64,000 bases of DNA from a virus. Positions 1-9,711 of this stretch are shown in pieces. Position 1 is the stretch's first letter. Each line of letters starts with the position of its first letter. The translations under genes were made by a program, and so were the position numbers. The notes under the pieces were generated by a model, which did no database searches, was not told the origin of the DNA, and saw only the letters and a list, made by a program, of their open reading frames with translations. The DNA is taken from the IMG/VR virus record IMGVR_UViG_3300021373_002523, positions 87,784 through 151,783 of that record; one strand, 5' to 3'.

Positions 1-239
1 AAGCTAATGTCAAAATCTTTAGGGTGGTCTAATTCACCTAAAAGTTTATTAGTTTTAACTTTCTCCTTTAATTCATTAATATGAGGAAGTACTTCAGCTT
101 CTTCATAAATTCTATTATTTTTATTCTTTACTCCAATCTCAGTAAATACACCTTCAAGTACAACAGAGCCATCTTCGGCCTTAGTCATACTTAAATTTGA
201 CTTAGATCTTTCTAGAATTAAAAGTTTCTTATTTGACAT
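1..239 (-). CDS. gp21: Prohead core protease (T4 gp21-like), N-terminal part; runs off the window edge
   Basis: Not in the ORF track. Manual translation from ATG at 239: MSNKKLLILERSKSNLSMTKAEDGSVVLEGVFTEIGVKNKNNRIYEEAEV...LLGELDHPKDFDIS. Contains the NxNxRxY and GELDHP motifs of gp21 and lies directly after the portal gene. Confidence 0.9.
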   Translation of the reverse strand, partial: MSNKKLLILERSKSNLSMTKAEDGSVVLEGVFTEIGVKNKNNRIYEEAEVLPHINELKEKVKTNKLLGELDHPKDFDIS

Positions 240-283
240 CTTTCTAGTTTATTTGATTTATATATTATAACTCTTGATAGTTT

Positions 284-1930
284 TTAGATTCCAGCTAATG
301 GGTCTTCATCCATTCCGTCATCTTTCTTCTCTGGTTTAAAATCATCTTTATTTGCACCTAAAAGAATCTTCTCAATATCCTCTTCTTTATAACCTTCTTT
401 AGCTAGTTCTTCGCGCTCTTTAGCACGTGCATTTGCTTTGATATCATCGCGAGTAAATCCACCATATCTCTTAATTAAGAATCCTAAATCAAAGTAAGGT
501 ATTTCTTCCATTTCAGCAGTCATTGTACTTAATTGTGTTTTTAGATTACCAATAAAGTCAACTCTCTTTGTTTGCAATTCCATTTCTTTCATTTCTTCAA
601 ATACATTATCCTTTATAAAATCTAATCCTAATCCTGCCTTAAATGCAACATCATTTTTTAGCTCTGGGTGGTTAAGACACATTTGAAGATATACAGGCTT
701 AACTAATATTTCTTGCCATATTGATCTTAACCTTGAAATAAATCTTCCAAATTTAATTTCATCTCTTAACATACCACTTGCTTCCATATCATATGTATTA
801 CCACCTTCCCTATCAAACCTAGAGAATGGAATCTTAGAAGCTAATTGTAATTTATCTGAAAAGTATTTTAAGGATTCAGTATCACCTAAATCAGGACCGT
901 CGCCGCCTATGGTTGTAATCTCCGGTGATTCACCATCTTTAGAAGGTAACCAGTATTCTTTGTTAAACGGCATCATTGGTTTACCATTGGTTTGAATCTC
1001 ACCGCTCTCAAAGTTAAAGTCTACAACCTCACGATATGAGTTCATTAAAGTAGCTAGAGATTGTTTTGCTCTGGTTTTTGATTTACCACCAACTGGGATT
1101 GTAAATTGAGTTTTGAATGAAGCATTAGATACAGCCCAGATAATTCTACTGTGCTCCATTATTCTTAATAAGTTAAAAGATCTTATTAATCTTTCCACAT
1201 AAGATATTCTCATTGGTGAATTTACAGATGAATATGAAAGATAAATGATTTGAGAATCCCATAAGGTTCTTTCTTTTGCACCTTCTCCTTTATATTGGAT
1301 CCAAACCTTTTTACCGTCATCAGTATCAATGCCTGGCATTAATGAAACAGGATCCAATTCTTTAAATCCTATAATTTCAGTTTGCTTATCATTATAAACA
1401 ATTTCAAATGCAAGATAACCATCAATTAACCATTTTCTAAAATAGTTCCACGGAGATACAGAATCATTAAACCCAAAGTAATTATAGATATTATTATATA
1501 CATCAGCAATTTCTTCTTCTATAGATTCTCCAATATGACCGTTAAAATGAGCATATGCCATATAATTAGATTCATCAAATACAATTGCTTCATCTGTTAA
1601 TACATCTAGGATATCTTCAATTTCATCTTGTACTGCAAAGGTTCTAAGTTGATCTCTTTTACGAATATAATCTTTATCGAAGAAAGAAATATTTTTCTTC
1701 ATATTAGTATCCGTTAGTGAAAGTGCAGCAAATGCGCCGTACATATCATCACCATCAGATCCCATTGGATTAAATGTATAACCCATTTGATTTTCAGTAA
1801 AACCTACTGCACGTGAATTACGAATGATCATATCATCATATGCCATTCCTAAATTAGAAAGATCTTTTAGAAGTCTTCTAACTGGATTTCCAGTACTTAA
1901 AGGACCTCTTCTATCTGTAAAACCTGCCAT
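284..1930 (-). CDS. gp20: Portal vertex protein (T4 gp20-like)
   Basis: 548 aa; YFRKWLIDG, EYWLPSKDGESPEITTIGG, YFSDKLQLASKIPFSRF and RDEIKFGRFISRLR match the conserved gp20 blocks. Confidence 0.93.
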   Translation of the reverse strand: MAGFTDRRGPLSTGNPVRRLLKDLSNLGMAYDDMIIRNSRAVGFTENQMGYTFNPMGSDGDDMYGAFAALSLTDTNMKKNISFFDKDYIRKRDQLRTFAVQDEIEDILDVLTDEAIVFDESNYMAYAHFNGHIGESIEEEIADVYNNIYNYFGFNDSVSPWNYFRKWLIDGYLAFEIVYNDKQTEIIGFKELDPVSLMPGIDTDDGKKVWIQYKGEGAKERTLWDSQIIYLSYSSVNSPMRISYVERLIRSFNLLRIMEHSRIIWAVSNASFKTQFTIPVGGKSKTRAKQSLATLMNSYREVVDFNFESGEIQTNGKPMMPFNKEYWLPSKDGESPEITTIGGDGPDLGDTESLKYFSDKLQLASKIPFSRFDREGGNTYDMEASGMLRDEIKFGRFISRLRSIWQEILVKPVYLQMCLNHPELKNDVAFKAGLGLDFIKDNVFEEMKEMELQTKRVDFIGNLKTQLSTMTAEMEEIPYFDLGFLIKRYGGFTRDDIKANARAKEREELAKEGYKEEDIEKILLGANKDDFKPEKKDDGMDEDPLAGI

Positions 1931-1950
1931 AATCTATTTTTATTATTAGT

Positions 1951-2529
1951 TTATATATTCTTGTAATATAATGCTTGAGCCTGGTTAATATTACCACCAT
2001 AAAATTGATTTTCATTATTAACTGCCCCTACATACCAATCCTCATATCCTAAGACATAAGGATTTCTCATTTTCTTTATTATATACTGTCTTGTGCAGTA
2101 TGTTAAATTATATTTTTTACCGTAAGCCTGTTTAATGAATTCCCATCTTAATTCAGGAATAGGCCTTTGGTCTTTAGGATTACCTATTGCATTACCCTTT
2201 AATCTGCTTTGTATTATTGATTGTAAAGAAACAGTGATTTCTGTTAAAAATGGAATTCTTGCTTCATACGGCATGTAATGTAGATTAATTCCTAATTGGT
2301 GGCCATTATCTGATTCACCTAATCCTATAACCAAAGGCTTAGTATCATAAAAAGGTTCGTCTTTAGTATAATAATTAAAACAATACATTTGACCAGGGTT
2401 TAAAACACCGTCACAAGGTGCACTGATTCTAGGTATGTCTTTTTCTGATTTTTTGGATGCACGAGTTCTACCTTTATTTTCTGCAAGGTAAATATCTAAA
2501 TCTTCTGTGAATACTCCTACTAGTGCCAT
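1951..2529 (-). CDS. gp2: DNA end protector protein (T4 gp2-like)
   Basis: PGQMYCFNY...PFYDTKPLVI...GINLHYMP..R motif; adjacent to gp4 as in T4-like phages. Confidence 0.82.
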   Translation of the reverse strand: MALVGVFTEDLDIYLAENKGRTRASKKSEKDIPRISAPCDGVLNPGQMYCFNYYTKDEPFYDTKPLVIGLGESDNGHQLGINLHYMPYEARIPFLTEITVSLQSIIQSRLKGNAIGNPKDQRPIPELRWEFIKQAYGKKYNLTYCTRQYIIKKMRNPYVLGYEDWYVGAVNNENQFYGGNINQAQALYYKNI

Positions 2530-3005
2530 TAGAATAATTTTGAATCTTCTGTTAGTAACATTACTTTACAGTTTCTTTCTTTTGCCATTTTATTTAAAGC
2601 ATTAGTTTTACATAAATTTCTAATATACGATTCATATGCATATTTAAAATTTTTCATAGCCTTTGCAGTTTTTCTTTTAGGTTCCTTAGGTTTGGTTAAT
2701 TGAGCCTTAGGTTTAATTTCAACTACATATTCTTGTGTCTCGTCTCCCTTTTTCATCTTAAAGAAAAAGTCAGGATAATACTTATGAAACCTTTTATCCA
2801 ATAAATTAAAGTAAGGTATAGAAAAAGGTTCAGATATCCAATAAATGACATCTTCATTATGATCACACCAATGACAAAACTTTCTCTCCCAACTGCTTCT
2901 ATAAATTATAGGGCCTTCTCCTCTGTATTTTTGAGGAAATTTAGGTTTGTAATATCCTTGCTTAAATCCAGATTTTACAGTTGGCTTTACTTTCTTTATA
3001 CTCAT
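2529..3005 (-). CDS. gp4: Head completion nuclease (T4 gp4-like, TnsA-type PD-(D/E)xK fold)
   Basis: YKPKFPQKYRG...IYRSSWERKFCHWCD...SEP...HKYYPDF...VEIKP motifs. Confidence 0.9.
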   Translation of the reverse strand: MSIKKVKPTVKSGFKQGYYKPKFPQKYRGEGPIIYRSSWERKFCHWCDHNEDVIYWISEPFSIPYFNLLDKRFHKYYPDFFFKMKKGDETQEYVVEIKPKAQLTKPKEPKRKTAKAMKNFKYAYESYIRNLCKTNALNKMAKERNCKVMLLTEDSKLF

Positions 3006-3013
3006 TTAACATT

Positions 3014-3379
3014 TTATATTGTATAAATCCCTTCACTATCAGAGCTACCGTTTATAGAAACTGTGCCATGATATTTCTTAGGGTGTAATTTATTCCATCC
3101 TTTTGCAAATCCTCTTTTAGCTATTTCAGTAAAATAAGCAAATGCATTAGTACTTTTTTCTGGATTAAAATTTCTCCAATATCTATAAAGATCCATATAA
3201 GCATAAGCAATACAATCTTGTCTATCTTCTGGATTTCTATATGTTAATTTTCTTGAACACTTATCAGCTAATAGCATCAAAAATTCTAACGCCTTTGGTG
3301 TTAATTCTCCTTGTTCTTTAGATATAATAATCTGTTCTAGAAGATCTCTATTATTTAAATAATTTCTCTTTCTTGCCAT
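3014..3379 (-). CDS. gp55: Late-transcription sigma factor (T4 gp55-like)
   Basis: NYLNNRDLL...NFNPEKSTNAFAYFTEIA, the gp55 signature. Confidence 0.88.
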   Translation of the reverse strand: MARKRNYLNNRDLLEQIIISKEQGELTPKALEFLMLLADKCSRKLTYRNPEDRQDCIAYAYMDLYRYWRNFNPEKSTNAFAYFTEIAKRGFAKGWNKLHPKKYHGTVSINGSSDSEGIYTI

Positions 3380-3400
3380 TAACTTTTGATTTATTTATTA

Positions 3401-3427
3401 TTATATACAAAAAAGGACCGATTGTTT
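3401..3427 (-). promoter_or_regulatory. Putative middle promoter (AAAC-N17-ATATAA) upstream of gp55
   Basis: One of nine copies of the same bipartite motif upstream of replication or transcription genes. Confidence 0.65.
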
Positions 3428-3445
3428 AATTCCAATCGGTCCTCT
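3409..3445 (-). terminator. Rho-independent terminator after the 627-aa gene
   Basis: Minus strand GAGGACCGATTG-GAATTAAA-CAATCGGTCC-TTTTTT: perfect stem followed by a U-tract. Confidence 0.8.
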
Positions 3446-3476
3446 AATTATATTAAACTAGAATGTATTTTATATC

Positions 3477-5360
3477 TTAGATCTTAACCTCTAAATCACC
3501 CTTAGGCATTACTACACTCTTTCCGTTCTTAGGAACAATTACACTTAGCATATCGTCATCGCCTAATGAAGCATATTCTTCAGCAGAAACTAATACTTCT
3601 TGTCTCTTTTTCAAACCTTGACTGTTTACTTTCATTGATGCTTCTACATAACCATCATTTAAATAATCGTCTTTAGTTTTTTTTTCAGAAATATAAGAAT
3701 CAGCTAATTCTTTTTCCTTTCCCTTTAGCTCTTCTTCTAATAAATTTAGAGCTTCAGTTAATTCTTCAGTTTCACCTAACTTTTTAATAGCAGCCTCAAC
3801 TTCAGATTTCTTTTCTTCTAGGAAAGAAATTGAATCAGTAAGATCCTTTCTTTTATTTTCTTCAATTGCTTTTTCATTATCCTCAGCAATCAATCTTTCA
3901 GAAAGAATTGGAGAAACATCAAAGTTAATAAATTCTTTTACTATTTCTACCGTTTCAGTAGCAGTATTGATTTTTGACATTTCATTTAAGTTCATTCCAG
4001 GATTTACTTTATTAATGTAAATACCTTCACTTACTCCAATCATAGTTAAAAATACATCTAAGAATTCTGGATTCTGAATAGTTGTAAAGTTATCCATTTC
4101 AGCAAGTAAATCAACTGATTCAAAGAATTTGCAAATTTTATCATTTTGCCATTGATTTCTATAGCCTGAGAAATTCGTTGCTAATAAAGCTTCTTTTAAC
4201 TCAATGATACTATAATTAGTCATATCAACTTTACCCATTGTTAATGTACCTTCAGTAATGTTGTATTCTAATGATTTATTATTTTCACCGTGTAAAGAAA
4301 GAATATTTTCATTTCTTGAGAACATAGCTAAACCTTCAGTTATATCAAAGAATCTTGGATCTGTTACATTAGCTTCAGTAATATCAGTTCCGTTATAAGT
4401 ATAATTCTTTCCATGTAAGTGGAATGTTAAACCTTCTTCAGATTCTAAAACTGGAGAAAGAATACTTACAATCTTTCCATTTGCAGTAGATGCAATTTTT
4501 TGATCTTCAGCATTCATTTCATTTACAATTGCTTTAGCATCCATTGACCATGGGTGTTTTGTAGCAACTACAGAAAATTTAGATTTTACATCTGACTCAT
4601 TTAATAAAGAAGTTAAATCAGCATTAAAAGATTCCATTAATTTTCCTTTTTGTGAAGCAGTTCTTTCGATAGATTCACTGATTCTAAAATGCCATTTAGA
4701 ATTATTATAGGATTCCATAATATACTCTCTTAATTCAGAAATTGGATTTAACCAAGTATTCTGAGATAATCTTGAGTATAAGTCTCTTGCAATCTTAAAC
4801 TTAAGATTAGGGTTTGCTGCTTTTTCAATCTCTTCACTAACTAGTGAAAGGTCAGCATTCTTTAATTTCATTGGGAATGCAGTTATCGCTTCCTCTAAAA
4901 CAGTTAAAGATTCTTTAACAGAATATGAAACTCTGGAGTTATCGTTGTCCATTGCTTTTAGTCCGTTAATACTCTCCATAACTTTTTCATACAGATCTGT
5001 TAATGTAAAGTTCATTTTATTTTGATTTTTTTGATTATTATTTTCAGTGTATATATTGGATTTATCTTTATGCATTTGGCGATATTGAGCAATACCACTC
5101 ATTGCCATCTGTTGAGGAATTCCCATTCCAACTAAGATCGTCATAACTTGTTGATCTGTCATAGATCCGCTATGGTCAATTTTACCATCATTATCAATGT
5201 CTGACATTCTACCACTTTGATTGAACAATACATGAATGATATCCATTAATTGTTGTCTTGGTTGATTTAAATAAGGAGCATTAGTATTTACACCAGGTTG
5301 GGCATCAATGTGACCGTCTGTGTAAACTTGTGTTTGTCCTTCGTTAATTGTGTTTTCCAT
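3477..5360 (-). CDS. Hypothetical protein with a C-terminal coiled coil (possibly structural)
   Basis: 627-aa ORF with an E/K-rich heptad region near the C-terminus; preceded by a late-type AATATATA box (5382-5389). Confidence 0.6.
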   Translation of the reverse strand: MENTINEGQTQVYTDGHIDAQPGVNTNAPYLNQPRQQLMDIIHVLFNQSGRMSDIDNDGKIDHSGSMTDQQVMTILVGMGIPQQMAMSGIAQYRQMHKDKSNIYTENNNQKNQNKMNFTLTDLYEKVMESINGLKAMDNDNSRVSYSVKESLTVLEEAITAFPMKLKNADLSLVSEEIEKAANPNLKFKIARDLYSRLSQNTWLNPISELREYIMESYNNSKWHFRISESIERTASQKGKLMESFNADLTSLLNESDVKSKFSVVATKHPWSMDAKAIVNEMNAEDQKIASTANGKIVSILSPVLESEEGLTFHLHGKNYTYNGTDITEANVTDPRFFDITEGLAMFSRNENILSLHGENNKSLEYNITEGTLTMGKVDMTNYSIIELKEALLATNFSGYRNQWQNDKICKFFESVDLLAEMDNFTTIQNPEFLDVFLTMIGVSEGIYINKVNPGMNLNEMSKINTATETVEIVKEFINFDVSPILSERLIAEDNEKAIEENKRKDLTDSISFLEEKKSEVEAAIKKLGETEELTEALNLLEEELKGKEKELADSYISEKKTKDDYLNDGYVEASMKVNSQGLKKRQEVLVSAEEYASLGDDDMLSVIVPKNGKSVVMPKGDLEVKI

Positions 5361-5413
5361 ATTACACTATTTGATTTGTTTTATATATTATAAGTCTCTT
5401 TGATTAATTGTTA

Positions 5414-6415
5414 TCATACACCAAAGCCGTCATCAACACTCCCAAGGCCTGATTCATCTACATCTGGTTCAGAATTTGCATTCCTATATTGTATACTTTC
5501 TAAGGATTCTGGTATAATTGGGGCAGATGTTATACTAGCATCTAAGTAAGGTCCTCCGGTATTAATAGCATCTGGGTCAATATATCCTTTATTACTGAAT
5601 GTACCAGACGGTTGAACTTTAAGTAAACTATCTTGTGTGTATTCAAATTTTTGAAATATTCCACCGAAATAAATTCCTAATTCATTATCTTTACCTGCTC
5701 TAAGCATACCTACACCAGCCGCTGTTGGGTTGGCTTTAATTGCAGACTTAGTCATAAGACTTACTTCAGGTATTAGAATACCACTTTCAAAGACTGGCAT
5801 AAATGATTTTACTTCAACAGGAAATGTTACACTCCATTCTTTTTTATCATTTAATTGAAATTCAAATAATCGGTTTTGTTGATAATCTTCAGGAATAGCA
5901 AATGTTGCCTGAACTCTCATCATACCTAAGTCAACTTGAAATAAAGTATTTTTATAAACTTTACTCATTAAAGATTCTGTAACCTTTAACATTTCTAAAT
6001 TAGAAGAACAAACTACAGTACAATCAAATGTCATATTTAAGGGTAAGAAATTTGTTTCCATTGAAAATGTTTTTAATACACCTTCCCATTCTTGAACAAA
6101 CTCACTTCTAGCGAACTTGTTTGTTTGGCTACCTGAATCTATGGATATTCCAGTTAACTGTAATATACCTCTTGGAACAACTTCATAATCACCTATAGCC
6201 TTTCCATCTGCCTCTGCACCCCACAAGAAATTATCCATTAAAAATCTACCATCTCCTGTTATTGAATAAAAGAAAGGTACGGGTATCTTTTTTAATGTAT
6301 CTTCATCTACTTGATTATAATAATAAACTTTATCTTTTAGTTCTGCCAAAAGAGCTACTATAATATAGCGTAGAATTGTATTGTCCTTATTAAACTCCTG
6401 ATTATATACTGACAT
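5414..6415 (-). CDS. Tail terminator / sheath stabiliser (T4 gp15-like)
   Basis: N-terminal LRYIIVALL...KIPVPFFY...VPRGILQLTGISID...PLNMTF resembles the gp15 architecture; late-type GATAAATA box upstream. Confidence 0.55.
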   Translation of the reverse strand: MSVYNQEFNKDNTILRYIIVALLAELKDKVYYYNQVDEDTLKKIPVPFFYSITGDGRFLMDNFLWGAEADGKAIGDYEVVPRGILQLTGISIDSGSQTNKFARSEFVQEWEGVLKTFSMETNFLPLNMTFDCTVVCSSNLEMLKVTESLMSKVYKNTLFQVDLGMMRVQATFAIPEDYQQNRLFEFQLNDKKEWSVTFPVEVKSFMPVFESGILIPEVSLMTKSAIKANPTAAGVGMLRAGKDNELGIYFGGIFQKFEYTQDSLLKVQPSGTFSNKGYIDPDAINTGGPYLDASITSAPIIPESLESIQYRNANSEPDVDESGLGSVDDGFGV

Positions 6416-6445
6416 TCGTCAAGTTAATTTTTTCTTGTATTATAT

Positions 6446-8116
6446 TTATCCAATAGCTTCAATTGTAAATTCACTAAAGCCTGCATCTTTTGTAATTTCT
6501 AACTTTTTATCAAAATATTCACTTGGTAATACTGTATGGTTAATCACGAATGTATTTAATCCTATATCTTGGATAGTATTATGCAATATATTAATAATAT
6601 GATATACACCGTCAGAATCAATAGATGAAAATATTTCATCCAAGAATAAAATATTTAATGATGGAAACCTAACTTTAATCATTTTCATTAAAGCCATAAT
6701 AATTACAAAATCTACCTTTTTCTTTTCACCTGTGCTCAGTGTCTTTGGACTTATTTCAGTTCCTAGATGATGGAGTGTACAATTAAATTTATCATCAAAC
6801 CTTATACCAAACGGAATTCCCATTTCTCTACCCATCAAAAGTATATGATTATTAAATGAAGGTAATATAGATCTTACTGCTAAATTTTTAATACCACCTT
6901 CACCCATTAGATTTTCAAGAATAGTTAAATAATAATCTTCGCTTTCACTTTTTAGTTTTTCAGAAGATTTTTCATCTTTGCGTATTTTAAAATCTTTAAC
7001 CAATTGCTTTAGATTAGTAGAAGAATCTGATTCATCCTTTTCAGCAATTTCAATTAATTTAGATTTTAAATTTTCCATCTCCACTTCTAACTGACCAGTT
7101 CTTACGTGGATTTCTCTACCTTTTAATCTTAAATCATTTAATTTTTCTACAGAGTCTTCATATTCTTTTTTTGTAATTTCAAATTGTTCTTCTAAAGTTA
7201 CAAGAGATTCTTCTTTTTCCTTTTTAATATCTAAATGAAAATCAGAAGTAAGAGGAGCTGTACATGTAGGGCATGTAGAATTTTCAAATAATTTTAAATC
7301 TTCTTTAACATTCGCTATTTTATGCTTAAGAGCTGAATGCTCAGTTGATCTATTTCTTGAATCTAAATCTAATGATTCTAATTTAGTTTTAGTCTTTGCA
7401 GTAAATTCCTTTAGTTTTTTTCTTTTTTCATTTAAAGAAACTAAATCTTGCTTTAGTTTTTTAACTTTAGATTTATCTTTCTTAGCAGTAAGTAATTCTA
7501 TCTGTTCTATTTTATCATAAACAGATCCAATTGATTCGTTAAGAGTTCTAATTTCATCCTCATAAGTTCTTATCTCTTCAATGATACCTCTTCTTTTTTC
7601 TTTAACAGCCTCAGCCATTTCATTAATTATTGAAAAACCAAATATCTTATCAATGATTCTTTTCTTATCATAAGGAGACATTGTTATAAAAGACTTAAAA
7701 TCATTTACAGATAAAATAATTACATTCTTAAATACGTGATAAGGTATTTCATAAATTTCAGTCTCTAAAAAATCTTGTAAATTAACTTTACCTGCAACAT
7801 CATATTCAGCACCATTTATTTCAACATTAAAAATTCCAGGATTTATACCTCTTTCAATTTGAATACGATTACCTTTGGACTCTAACCAAATCTTACCCCA
7901 AAGAGCACCATTAACTCGGTTAGGTAAATCCTTTAAAGTGGAACCTTCTACTTTACCATAACATAAATATGTGATTACTTTAGCAAGTGTACTTTTACCT
8001 GCGCCGTTACCTCCTAAAACTAAATAAAGATTACTTTTATCTTTTTCAAAGTCAATGGTCTGTATTCTATTTCCGTAACTTGCAAAATTTCTAAACTCTA
8101 CCTTTTTAATCTTCAT
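6446..8116 (-). CDS. gp46: Recombination endonuclease ATPase subunit (gp46, Rad50/SbcC-like)
   Basis: FRNFASYGN, Walker A GGNGAGKST, CPTC zinc hook, LSTGEKK signature, LFLDE Walker B. Confidence 0.95.
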   Translation of the reverse strand: MKIKKVEFRNFASYGNRIQTIDFEKDKSNLYLVLGGNGAGKSTLAKVITYLCYGKVEGSTLKDLPNRVNGALWGKIWLESKGNRIQIERGINPGIFNVEINGAEYDVAGKVNLQDFLETEIYEIPYHVFKNVIILSVNDFKSFITMSPYDKKRIIDKIFGFSIINEMAEAVKEKRRGIIEEIRTYEDEIRTLNESIGSVYDKIEQIELLTAKKDKSKVKKLKQDLVSLNEKRKKLKEFTAKTKTKLESLDLDSRNRSTEHSALKHKIANVKEDLKLFENSTCPTCTAPLTSDFHLDIKKEKEESLVTLEEQFEITKKEYEDSVEKLNDLRLKGREIHVRTGQLEVEMENLKSKLIEIAEKDESDSSTNLKQLVKDFKIRKDEKSSEKLKSESEDYYLTILENLMGEGGIKNLAVRSILPSFNNHILLMGREMGIPFGIRFDDKFNCTLHHLGTEISPKTLSTGEKKKVDFVIIMALMKMIKVRFPSLNILFLDEIFSSIDSDGVYHIINILHNTIQDIGLNTFVINHTVLPSEYFDKKLEITKDAGFSEFTIEAIG

Positions 8117-9194
8117 AGTTAGGTGATAATGTTGTTTTGTATAATTCTTGTACTGATATTTTTAATCTATCTTTTAAATCATCATCATAATCTAATGAAT
8201 TAATATACTCGGCAGCAATATTCATTAAATTCATTTCTCCATTAAAATCTGATAATTCACCATCCTCTGTGTCATAAGGATTTTCTTCATCATAAATTCT
8301 AGGTTCTAATTTTCTAGCCAATCCATCAAGATAATCCATAAACATATTAATATTATACTTACCTAATACATTAGAAGGAATAAAAACATCTACAAAATTA
8401 TTTTCTATTTCTTTTGCAATATCTTCCATTCTCATTTCCAATATTTGATTAATATAATATCTAAGAAAAATTGGACTTTGGTGATTTTCAAAAAATTGAT
8501 GTTCCCCGCTTTCTAAATCTAATAAGTAAATACCTTTTTGGTTATCTCTATCCGACCTAGTCATCTGATAAGGATTTCCTACCAAGACAAAATTTTCTTT
8601 ATCTTGTCTATAATGAATATGCCCTGAGTATACTCTTTTAAATCTTTTAAATATACCTACTGCATTACCACCATCATGTAAATGTTTTGTACTAGGACTA
8701 GTTTGGACACCTTGTGTTTCTGTATGACAAAACATATAATCAATATTTTCCTTTATTGAATCCAATGTTTCTTTTTCATGTTCATGATTTCGCCTCCACG
8801 GCATTAGTAAACATGTAGCACTATCATACTTTAAAATTCTAGGTTCTTTTAATACAGTAACATTAGGTAAATACTTTAAACAATCAACTGATGATATCTC
8901 ATTAGAGTTTTTTCTCATAATATCATGATTGCCTACAATGATATGTATATCTGGAAAAATCTTTCCTAATTCTTCAAATACTCTAATTGCTAAATCCTGT
9001 GCAGCTAAATTAACACTCTGCCGATTATCAAATACATCTCCTAAATGATAAAGAACATCACCCTTTTTATATTCTTTTTTAACCAAGGGTATAAAAAATT
9101 CAAAAAAGTAATCTTCAATTATCTTAAGCCATAAAACAGAATTTGATCTACAACCTAGATGAGAATCTGAGACCATCCATATTCTCTTTGCCAT
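8106..9194 (-). CDS. gp47: Recombination endonuclease nuclease subunit (gp47, Mre11/SbcD-like)
   Basis: SDSHLG, LGDVFDNR, GNHD and SGHIH metallophosphoesterase motifs; overlaps gp46. Confidence 0.95.
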   Translation of the reverse strand: MAKRIWMVSDSHLGCRSNSVLWLKIIEDYFFEFFIPLVKKEYKKGDVLYHLGDVFDNRQSVNLAAQDLAIRVFEELGKIFPDIHIIVGNHDIMRKNSNEISSVDCLKYLPNVTVLKEPRILKYDSATCLLMPWRRNHEHEKETLDSIKENIDYMFCHTETQGVQTSPSTKHLHDGGNAVGIFKRFKRVYSGHIHYRQDKENFVLVGNPYQMTRSDRDNQKGIYLLDLESGEHQFFENHQSPIFLRYYINQILEMRMEDIAKEIENNFVDVFIPSNVLGKYNINMFMDYLDGLARKLEPRIYDEENPYDTEDGELSDFNGEMNLMNIAAEYINSLDYDDDLKDRLKISVQELYKTTLSPNYED

Positions 9195-9195
9195 A

Positions 9196-9690
9196 TTAAA
9201 ATAATTTTCTAATTTTTCTTTTTTCTAAAATATTGTATTTTGCATCTAATTCATTTATGAGTTCATCCTTAAATTTATTAGATAATGAATTATAGAACTT
9301 ATTAGGAAATACATCAAAGTAATCTGATAGTACACTAAATAAATCTATTCGTGAATATGAAGTTCCTGTATTTTCTATAATGTAAAAGAATACTTTATTG
9401 ATTTGTACTTTATTTAATTTTTTTATAACACCATCTGGTGTAGCTTCATTAAGATGTTCAAATTCACTACCTTTAATTAATCCATCTACTACTTCAAATA
9501 AAGCATCATAATGCATTTTATCATCCGGGTCCATTGAATCCAACCAGGAGGATGATACTGTAAAATTTATTTTTTGGCCACTTAAGTCTTGTTCACCGTA
9601 TGTATTATTAAAGATTTTATCTTTTTCTTGATAACCTGATTGTTTATCATCTTCGGCTTTTGTAAGTTTCTTTTTCTTTTTTCCCCACAT
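9196..9690 (-). CDS. Probable late-transcription coactivator (gp33-like C-terminal domain)
   Basis: C-terminal RIDLFSVLSDYFDV...LSNKFKDELINELDAKYNIL resembles the gp33 helical bundle; similarity is weak. Confidence 0.45.
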   Translation of the reverse strand: MWGKKKKKLTKAEDDKQSGYQEKDKIFNNTYGEQDLSGQKINFTVSSSWLDSMDPDDKMHYDALFEVVDGLIKGSEFEHLNEATPDGVIKKLNKVQINKVFFYIIENTGTSYSRIDLFSVLSDYFDVFPNKFYNSLSNKFKDELINELDAKYNILEKRKIRKLF

Positions 9691-9711
9691 ATTATTTTAT
9701 AATTTATTTTT

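Noticed and set aside
2529-3005. TnsA-like transposase / mobile element
   Set aside because: Motifs and position next to gp2 and the portal identify it as the T4 gp4 head-completion protein; no terminal repeats or other tns genes.
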